Shown here piece after piece: positions 1-10,900 of a stretch of DNA of 64,000 nt. The notes beneath the pieces are model-generated. The model worked only from the letters and a program-made list of their open reading frames with translations, made no database searches and was not told where the DNA came from. The stretch lies in the NCBI GenBank assembly GCA_030704615.1, contig CM060734.1, positions 33,480,001 to 33,544,000 of the forward strand. Direction: 5' to 3'. Each line of letters starts with the position of its first letter. Position 1 is the stretch's first letter. The translations under genes were made by a program, and so were the position numbers. The stretch comes from Takakia lepidozioides (taxonomy: Eukaryota; Plantae; Bryophyta).

Positions 1-1682
1 CAGCCCAGCTACAGCGATGCGACTAAAAGGAACAAGAAAAGTATCGTAAAGGAAAGCAAGATTCACGTCTTGGCAGCGATTAAGATGTCTCTCACTGAGG
101 GAGAGGCCCGCTCAATCACTCACTGGACTCGGGTGTCGATTGTGAAAGTAAATAAGGAGTGACACGATGCAAACTCGCAGGCTTACTTAGCCGAATCCAG
201 AAGGCTAAGTTGGAAAGTGACAATTCTTCCATCCAATTTGAGCTCTTCGTCAGTTCAGTATGATCTGGGGACATCCAGCTTAGTTGGCACCTCTATCATT
301 ACAAAGCTGTGAACTTGCAGTTTGACCCACGCGTAATGTGGTCCGATTTAATGCTTAAAATGCAGCAGCAATGTAGTTGATTTATGCGTGAAGGATGCTC
401 CCTTAGAACTACATTGAGTACTTTTGATGTCACGAAAGGGAATTACACCTAGCCGGTTTTGCAACCGTCAGACAGCGCCCTGAATTTCGTAGCCTCCTAG
501 TGTAGTCCTGTGAATCACAACCGCACTTCAATTTGAACTTTTCGAACTTCCCTGGGCCCTCCATAGCGGAGCTCGCAGTCCTGAGTGTTCTCAACTGTTG
601 TGTGGCAAATCGACGACTTCAAAGCATACACGCAGTATACGGCTCTGGAGAACGAGGACCTTGCGTACCTTGCTCGAAGCAAACTAGTGCCAAATTTGCA
701 TAGCCTTGTCCATCGAAGCTAGACTTGCGTATTACAATCCAACCCATCATGAGCACCGACTGAAACCCAACATATTTCTCATGTTCAAATCCATAATTGT
801 CGGCTTGCTGTTTTGTCTACAGCCGAATTCGAGAATCTCGTACCAACGATCCTGAAGCAGCCCGCCACATGCGGCACACATCTTTAGCATGATCTCATAA
901 AAAAGGCTGCTTTACGCTATTTTAAATTTCGGACTTGTACGTTCTCCTGTGATCATGATGCCCGGAAGGGATTATTCAATCTATATTCAAAGTTTGTGAT
1001 GTCCGTGAAGAATGATCCCATACCGAGAGGAATTGATCTATTTGAAGGGAGGGTTCGTACTTAAAGGCTGATGCAGTACAGTCTTTCTCACATGCTTCGA
1101 TGGCCCCGACCAAATCCCAGTGGAGGCATCTCGTTAGGAATCCCGCCACCGATTTTCATGCTCACAACTCCACAGTCCCTTGCGATTCAATCACGGATCA
1201 TGCAAATATGGCGCACGTGAAGCTCAAGTGATTGGGCTCCCAAGGTGCCCCGCTTTCCGGAGCAGTTATGGGAAACGGAACCCACATGAAGGTAATTTTG
1301 GATGAGCTCTCTTGCATGCGTGAGACTAATCGCATTTTGTTATTCCTTTTTAGGGCACTTTCCCAAAAATAAACGAAGCGCTAACTAGGGCACGCGTGAT
1401 TGGCGTGCACAATCTGAGGTCATCGCAGAAGCGGACGAGCAATTGGATTCATCGTGCGGCCCCGGATGCTTCATTCATGCCCTAACGGTGCGGGGTTCAA
1501 ACCCCACCGAAGTAACCAGGGTCAAGAGGGAGTAGATGGATGGTGGTGGCCCAGGGCACAACAGCATCTGATTGTATGAAGAAGGCCCGGCTCTGCGTTT
1601 GTGTCAACACTCTCTCGCGCGCTGCACATTGCTGTAGCTAGCTGCTGGGGGGCTGATCGCCACGGATTTGTAAGCGGAAGCT

Positions 1683-1925
1683 ATGGATCTATCGCGAGCA
1701 TTTCTCAAGGATGTGAAGCGAGTCGTCGTCAAGGTAGCATCCCTGTTTCTTTCTAGCAGGAGCTGAATCTGATTTGGGGACACGTTGTTGGTTCTGCGAA
1801 AATGGGGGAAGGTTAGGCAGAGGGGCGGAAAGAAGTGGATTATACTTGACCTTTTGTGACGTTTTGTGCTGGGTGGAAGGAGTAAACGCAAATTTGATAT
1901 TTTCGTTTTGGTGCAGGAATAAGTC

Positions 1926-1959
<34 letters not shown>

Positions 1960-4900
1960 AAGAGGGAGAGAGAGAGGTATGTGGACAATTGGAGGGGCAG
2001 AAAAACAGAGAGAGGAGGAAATTATCGAATTTCCTAGCGTTGAATTGCTAATTTATGCATCTCAATTCATTCCTTGTCAGCCGCATCACAATTGGTTTCC
2101 AACAATTTGGTCATGAAATGAATTTTCTTGACATTGCTCCCGATACATGTGTAGTAATATTGCAGGGATGTTGCGTTGTCGGTTTGCCTCTGTCAAGCAT
2201 TTGATAGGTGCCTCTATTTCGATGGGGGATGAACTGGCAGGTTGGAACGGCGGTGGTAACCAGAAATGACGGAAAGCTTGCTTTGGGGCGGCTTGGTGCC
2301 TTATGTGAACAGGTTTGTTTCCTAAGTAATTTGCCACGCAGTTTACCATTTGCCCGATGTGCAAGTGCAGAGGAAGATATTTGGATTACAAAACGCGCTT
2401 GACGGAAGTTCAATCGTGACATGTCAATCTGCAATGCCTGACTGAAATTGGGAGCAGTCTAGTTGTTGTCTTATCAGCACTTGTCCTCGGGGAACAATTG
2501 CTGCAAGCACTAGTTCTGCGGGATCCTGCCGCTCGCATTCGTCTGAAGGTTTTAGGCAACCAGCGTCAGAAAACCCAGCCCAAAATTTGCCATTGTGCTC
2601 GGACCAATCAGATTGAACGTTGCTTTATGGGCTCGGATTGACATCATGCTGAAAATATGATGTTGATTATGAGCATTTCCCACTGTATCGACTTCTTCCA
2701 GACAAGTGCCTGTTTGCAGTCTGGATAGAAATTGCATCCAGACTGGACAGCTCTCATGGGATATGGTCTTAACTGTACTGTCATCTCATCAGTTGGACGT
2801 CATGTGATCTTCCCAACTGATCCACATCAGAGAAGGTCGCTAATTTCAAACTCAAGTCTTTAATGCTCATAAGTGAGCCATGCCTATCAAAGAGTCTAAA
2901 GTATCTGACTGTCCAACTGTGCAGCACTGTGTGTCCTTTGAAATCTTTCTCTTGAGGCCTGTTTCTCCTTGTCAACAAAGATTTGCAGGTTTCCTGTTAC
3001 ATTTTGGTTATGATTTTTAAGTCAGTGATGTGCTGCAGGTGAAAGAGCTAATGTCAGCGGGAATAGAAGTCATATTTGTGACGTCAGGGGCGGTGGGCGT
3101 GGGCCGCCAAAAACTACGTCATCAGCGCCTCATGAATAGCAGGTGTGGTTTTGTGAGACTATCTGAAATCACCTCATGAATCAAACGTCATCTTGTGGAC
3201 GCTCTACGCAGGTCTGCAGATCTTGGTGATTATGAAATAAATTCACTAACTATCCTCTCAATAGCAGGTGTGGTTTTGTGACACTCTCTCACTGAAATCA
3301 CCTCATGAATCAGGGGTCTTCTTGTGGACTCTCCACTCAGGTCTGCAGATCTTGGAGATTATGAAATAAATTCATTAACTATCCTCTGCCCGTGGAGAGT
3401 TTTTGCATGAATCACAAGTTCTCCACTCAGGTGTGTAGATCGTTAAATCTTCAAACGGATTCAGTAACCATTCCATCCTTAAAACTGCTTAAGAGGTTTT
3501 GAGCCAGTTTCACTTGCAACACTGTCAGATGAATTGGTCTCAGTGGAGCAGAACAGTGCCTGACAGCTAGAGAATTTCAATGGACACAGGGATACAGGCA
3601 GAAAGTCTTTGATAGCTTACTCTTTCACTAGTGTTTTGTTTCCTGGTAGAAAGATGCAAAATTTGGATTTTACCTCTCAATCTTCTGGATGATCATAGCT
3701 AGTTGCAAGCCTGGCCCAGAAAACAGAATCACAATCCATGCCATCAGATGGACAGACTTATTTGGCCTTGAATTGAAGTTAAGTCCAGGGAGTTCTTATC
3801 TGTTTATTGATGGTACTGGCCGTTTTCTTACTAATGATTCTATTGTTGAGGCAGTTTTGTAGATCTACAAAAACCGCAGTGTGAGTTGGATGGGAAGCCT
3901 TGCGCAGCCGTTGGTCAGAGTGGTCTGATGGCTCTGTATGACAGTCTCTTTAGCCAGGTATGTTCTCTACAGGAATGGTCTTTTTCTGGTGGTCCTACTG
4001 ATGTTCATGCTGCAAGCTCCTTGAAATCCTGTGCAGAGTATGCCTGTACTGTTTACTTCTCCCCAGAGGGTTAAATTCATTACTGTTAGTAAGCCATTCA
4101 CAGCGTGTCAGCTGGTTAATAGATGGATAAAAAGAGTGATAGCTTGCATGAAGAGTTACTGGAGGGAGGATTACACCGTGCATTTAACAGAAGGGCTTTG
4201 TTAGACTATAGGATGTCCACGTACAATGCCATGGTTGCAGTAGGCATACTTTTTTTGTCTGTCTATGTCTCTGTGCTGTGCTGACTGGATGCTTTGGTCT
4301 ACGGCTACAAGGCTAGGATAGGGAAGTCCGATTTCTTCCGCTCCCTGCTGCCACATCTTTCTGTGCCATCTTCTCTTCTTCCTTTCAGCTCCCTGCCCCG
4401 TGTGTCCTTCCTCTTTGTCAGCATTCGTCCGTCTATCTCATAGCTTTTCCTTCGACTTATTTCTAGCATTGCTCAAGTCTAGGACAAGTAGGGCAGACTG
4501 AGTGACTACTCTCTTTCTGAAAGTGCAGCTGGATGTGGCGTCATCGCAACTCCTTGTGACAGACAATGATTTCCAAGATCCTGATTTTAGAGAGCAGCTG
4601 TGTGAAACAGTCAACTCCCTACTGGAGCTTCGAGTGGTGCCTGTCTTCAATGAAAATGATGCCATTAGTACAAGGAAGGCACCATACAAGGTACGATATG
4701 CAACTTGCATTCATTCATTGGTGCACTTGTGATCGGATGGCTTAGCCTGCTCCATACAGAATTGCTCTATTGTAGGTAGAGAGGGAGTGTGCCAAATTAG
4801 CGAAGACCAAAGTATGTGGTAAGAGAGAAGTGATGCCTAGAGGGTAAGGAACCATGGAGATTAAGAGTCTGTACATGGGTGAAACCTTCTTGCAGGATGC

Positions 4901-7900
4901 AACAGGTATATTCTGGGATAATGACAGCTTGGCTGCACTGTTGGCCTTGGAGCTGAAGGCTGATCTCCTCATCCTTCTGAGTGACGTGGAAGGCCTTTAC
5001 ACAGGGCCACCAAGTGAACCAAAGTCAAAGCTTATACATACCTATTTAAAGGAAAAGCATGATGACATGGTTACATTTGGGGAAAAATCAAGGGTTGGTA
5101 GAGGGGGAATGACTGCCAAGGTGTATGCAGCATGGAATGCCGCATCTGCTGGAATCCCTGTTGTTATTACAAGGTGAGCCCGAGCCTGCTCACCTACCAC
5201 TCCCCACAACCACTTTACATACAAGTTGACATTGCTGGATGGATAATGGTCCTGTTGTTGTTGTCAAAACCACATCTAAGCAGAAAGGTGAAATGGGGAA
5301 TGGGGCAAGATGAAAGTAGAATGGACACCACCATAGCTGAAGGCCTGTTGAACTTGGAAGCTATCAGTAAGGTCCTTATGGCGCAAAGTTTGTTTTCCAA
5401 AAGCTGCAAGGGATATCATATTAATAGCAGATACAGGTGCACATATACAAGTTTGGAAGTCAGGATTGACAAGGGGTTGGTTTGTGTTTGAGGGAAGTGG
5501 GTATGCTGCTGAGGGCCTTCAGCGTGTAATGCGAGGGGACCATGTGGGCACTCTCTTCCATAAGAATGCCCATCTGTGGGTTGACATGAAGGAAACAGGT
5601 GCCCGGGATATGGCGGTTGCTGCCAGGGATGCCAGCCGTCGCCTCCAGGTTGTGAGTTCTAACTGATCTGTTTGCGCTTTTTTCAATCTTCCTTCCCATC
5701 TTGAAGGAAAAATAAAAACCAGGAGTTGAAGTGCAAGCGTGATGGAGACAATGCATCCTATGCTTCAGTATGAATTGGAGTGTTCCTACAACTGGCTTGT
5801 GTAGGACTCACAGTTGAAGGTACCTCTACTCACCAACTTTCAATGATTGGTTTATATTGCAGGGGCTTTCATCAGAGGATCGGCAGCAGATGCTGATTGC
5901 AGTTGCTGATGCATTGGTGGCCAATGAGGCAATTATCAAGGCTGAAAATGAGGCTGATGTTGAAGCAGCCCAGCTGAATGGCATCGCCAAGTCATTGATT
6001 GGTCGCTTAACAATCAAGCCTGGCAAAGTGAGTTACATATTCCTTTTGCTTTATAGGCTTGCTGGAGGATGAATATCCCTTTCACTGGTGTTAGCCCATA
6101 ATCTGGTCATGGCCTTGGATAGTTAATACATTTTTCAGTGTTGATATTACAAGTGTTCTCAGGACTGGATTTTCTCTGTCTGGAAGTGAAGATCTTGATG
6201 CCCTTAAGTTCTGGTGAATTCTAGTCGTATTTGACTATGCACTTTGCAGATTTGGCGAACTCCTGAGTTCTTTGAGACTGGAACTACGAGGAAGTTGTTT
6301 TCCAGTAAATGTTACTGGAGATTGTCATTTGTCTGGAAGTTAAGATCCACATGCCCTTCAGTTCCGACAAATTCTCATTGTGTCTGGTTTTGCAGATTGC
6401 AGATTTAGCGAAGTCCCTCAAGGTCCTTGCAGAGATGAAGGAGCCAGTTGGGCAAGTGTTGAAGCGCACTGAGGTTGGTGTCTCTTTCACCTTCTAAGTA
6501 ACTTGGCTTCACATTCAGTGAAAGGGTTTTGTTTACTTAGAAGGCGAGGTAGCCTTATAATTCATGGACCATCAGTAGGCTGTTTGTGTGTGAAGACAGA
6601 GAGATTGTACTCATAAGACGTTGTTTGCCGTAGCCTTGTGGCCATTGACCCCGCGCCCAGTTTGAGCGGGAACAAAAGGGACAGAACCTACCTCTGTCAG
6701 GGGCTGACGTTGGTAGTAAGACTTACCTCCATATAAAGAATTAATCCGGGTTTTCCAGACATCCTCTAGAAATCCCTTCACACAAGCATCAATCTGCTGT
6801 GTGTGATTTGCCCAAAAACTAGGCCTCAGGAGGGCCTGGGCTTTTGGCTCAGCCTCGAGACTTTCAAAGTTGGTAAACAGGGGTACAGGCACAATTCCCT
6901 TAATAGATTTGAAGAGAGCGTCTCTTTGGTGAGAGAACCCCGGACAGTGTATCAGAAAATGAATACTGTCTTCAGATTGCCCACACAACGGGCAATTGCA
7001 CTCTCCCTTTCCTCTCTGCTTCTGTTTGCTGTTCAAAGGTAGGCTTCCTGCCCTGAGTTTAAATTTCAGTCTAGTGCCGAGAGTGGGTAGACCCTTGAGG
7101 TCATCCAAGATGTCCTCCCCCATGTCACAGACTGGAAACAAGGAAGTTTTCTGCCTAACTTCATTTTCATCAGACAATCTCATGGCAACAGACATGGCTG
7201 AGGACACTACAGCCTCTAAGTCAGATTTATCCAGCAGGGTCAAGACTTGCGGATCCAGGTCCAGGTCCTTGAGGATCTCTTCTACTCTCTTCTGCCAGGA
7301 CTTAGCCTGTTTGACAGGGCGGTCCTGTTTCCAAGATATAGAGTCGATTAACTTAGGATATCTGGTGTTGGGCATATGTTGCAGCTGACCCCACCATCTG
7401 ACCTTGAATTCATCTCGTCGGGAGCTTAAGAACGGAATGCCAAACTCACCCCGAACAGCCACATTTGCTGTTTTGGAGCATGCTGACATACACTCCAGCA
7501 CCCCCACTTGAATGGATTCTAGAGACTTAGCCTGGTTGGAGTTATCAACCCATATAGCAGATCCGTACTCCAAGGCAGGTCTAATAACGCGACAAAGCAT
7601 GGTTTTCTGAAGACAGAGAGAGTGACTTAGGAGGTTTTGCTCGCCATAGCCTTGAGGCCACTCTCACTGCTAAAGGCTTGTTTGCGTAGGTTTGTGGGAG
7701 AGAAATAGAGTCCTTTTGTGGAAGATATTTTTCAGTTGACGTGTCTTAACAAAGTTTGTGTATCAGGTAGCTGAAGGGCTAATTTTAGAGAAGACGACGT
7801 GTCCTTTGGGAGTGGTCTTGGTGGTGTTCGAGTCTCGGCCAGATGCTTTGGTTCAGGTATTGTTTTGTCTGTCTCCTCCCTACGCTATTCTTAGCCACGA

Positions 7901-10900
7901 CAAGTGATTCATTTGTTAATTTCAGTGACATGTTTTGAGCGGGTGAAGAGAATACGTTCTCTTGAAGCGAAGTCTAAAGCCCCAAAGCATGTATCGCAAC
8001 TCAATGCATGTATGTTTGTAAGGGAATGCATTGTTCAAAGGAAATAAGACTGCTCAAGACTGAAATAAGTTTTCTTGAGAATCCTGATTTGAGATTTTAC
8101 TTATTTCTATCTATGGCGACCTGAAATATGCCTTCGGCTTCTTCTGCTTGGCCCACTGGTCTGTCTACCAGGATCATGGTCAAATTCTGCAATTCCCATA
8201 TTCCTGCTTCCACATGGTCTTTTGAAGGAGTGCCTAAACTGCAGTGGCTCAAGCACAAGAAAAAAGAGAAATGAATTAACATCACCGGGAAATTATGCCA
8301 AAGCCTGGAGGATCTTCCACATGCATTACAAGTATGCGCGGTTAAATCTGTCACTTTCAAAGATAGTTACCAAATATGTTCTCCTGTGTTATATTGTGTG
8401 GGGGCAGATAGCATCACTGGCCATTCGTAGTGGGAACGGGCTTCTGTTGAAGGGTGGCAAGGAAGCTGCTCGCTCTAATGCCATACTACACAAGGTGCTC
8501 AGTTTTGCTTCAATCCTGCTGAAGGACAAATGAATCTATTAGATTATTGTGTATCATTTGAAGGCTGTGCAATGGTTGAATCTATTGCAAGAGGTCAGAC
8601 CATGTATCAGTAATTTTCTCCTGTAAGACGGAACAATGTGTGCAGAAGGTGCACAGTTAGCTAACCCTAGCTAAGGAGGTTTGGTTGCTGGTCCTTCTAT
8701 TGTAACACCTAATCAAGCTTCTAACTGTTCAAGGAACATATTTTCTTTTCAGCTACTTAAGGATTCAACTATTGAGTAACCAAGTTAGCATGTGGTGGTG
8801 ACGCTTCCAGAATCACATTGCAGACATGTGTTTAGCTTTAAGGTATGTGGGGCTTTGAACAAGGGAGTTAAATGGATCTGATGCAGGTTATCACTGAAGC
8901 GCTGCCTAAGTCTGTGGGTCCAGCCCTCATTGGTCTTGTTATTACCAGGGAGGAAATTCCAGACCTTCTCAAGGTACAGATATGTGCTGAAAACTGTAGT
9001 TTTCCTTGCAGCGCTTTTTTTCTTTCATAATTAGAACCTCTATTGTAAGTACGATCTCAATTATTTTCCCATCTAAGAAAGTTTTGTTTTGCAACTCTAC
9101 TCCGACTAATAGATTTCGTTTAATTTGCTTGCTAGTTGGACGATGTTATAGATCTGGTCATACCCAGAGGGAGCAACAAACTTGTTTATCAGATCAAGGG
9201 GGCCACGAAGATTCCTGTCCTCGGCCATGCTGGTCAGTTGTCTATCACCACCATAGTGTTGTTTGTGTCAACGCTTTCAACAATCTTGGTAAACACTTGA
9301 CACAATGTAAGGTAGAGAGCAGATAAGCAGTGCTTACCATTATACTTGTGTGATGCCAATGGCAGTCATATCAGCACTAACTATCCTGGTAACCCAAAGG
9401 TGATTATTTGCATGCATTATGGCTATTCAGTCTGAACCTCAATGACATCCTGATAGGTGTAAACCTATCACCAACTCAGAGGGCTTAGCATCCGGTGGGG
9501 ATTATACCCCCAAAGAGATGGCATGGCCAACATTCACAGGGTGCGTTTTATCGAATTTTATCTTTGGTTGACTTACAGAAGTGCAGGTTGTCTGTGCCTC
9601 GAATGTTCAGTCAGTCAGTACCTGTCACTATTATGGCCTTAACTATTCAATCTGAGCCTCAACGATATCTTGATAGGTGTAAACCTATCACCAACTTCGG
9701 AAGGCTTAGCATCCTGTGGGGATTATACCCCCAAAGATATAGCATGGCCAACATTCACAGGGAAGTGTCAATCAAAATTTATCTTTGGTTGACTGACAGA
9801 AGTGCAGGTTGTCTGTGCCTTGAATTTGATTAAAGAGGTCAGTAAGTCAGTACCTGTCGCTATTATGGCCTTCAGGCTATTCAGTCTGAACCTCAATGAT
9901 ATCCTGATAGGTTTACAACTATCACCAACTTCGGAAGGCTTGGCATCCTGTGGGGATTATACCCCCAAAGATATAGCATGGCCAACATTCACAGGGAACA
10001 GTTAATCAAAATTTATCTTTGGTTGAGTCACAGAAGTGCAGGTTGTCTGTGCCTGGAATTTGATTAATGAGTTCAGTAAGTCAGTCTCAACAAGTTTAAA
10101 ATGATAGAAAATGGTGCTACTGTACATTCTCACTTGTTTCTGGTTATCTGGTCAGATGGTGTTTGCCATGTGTTTGTGGACAAGGCAGCTGACCTTGAAA
10201 AAGCCAAGCGCATTGTGGTGGACTCCAAAACTGATTATCCAGCTGCCTGCAATGCATTGGTAGGAAAGAGTAACCCTTTTCAGAGATGTGTACCAGATTT
10301 TCTTGAGTTGACGTTTACATAGAAGTTATCAGTTGTTATAGAGGAGAGAGTTTTGTTGCTGTAAACAGCCGATGACTAAATAATCGCATATGAACCATGC
10401 CAAATTTTCCGGCTGGGGACTTGTGGCCCAGCACTACGGTCAGTGTTGGGAAATGCATGTTGAAACTGGGGACAGGAAGGAAAGGGAATGTTGAATGATG
10501 GCTACCTTGTCTTTTATACCACAGCACTAGTACTGAACATGGATGGTTTCCACATAGCAGAAAATAGGAACGGTTAAGCACTGTATATCAATTGGAAAAG
10601 TTTGAACAACTCCAAACACGGCCTTTAAGTCCCAGGTCCCAATGGGCAAGAGCATATGAGAACAAAACTGTTGTCAATTCCCGAGGTTGTGAAGAGTGTT
10701 TGTTTGCATGTGCTTGCAACTGACTCAGGTCTTCAATGGTGCACGACAAAGGAGAAGCATTTGTTCTGATGCTTGAGTGGTTTGCAGGAAACGTTGCTGA
10801 TACATGAGCACTTAGTTGGTACTGGTGGCTTGGAGATGCTTGTTTTTGCTCTCCAGTCTGCAGGTAGTTATCTGCCACTTTGTATTGAAGAATTTAGTTT

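Noticed and set aside
1-1600. Coding or RNA genes upstream of P5CS
   Set aside because: No supportable ORF or RNA structure. Only isolated G-box/CE3-like hexamers (1214, 1391), which occur by chance.
6515-6560. Further copy of the structured retroposon near the LINE
   Set aside because: Only two short matching blocks (tgaaaggg, aaggcga.gt.gc); too weak to support.
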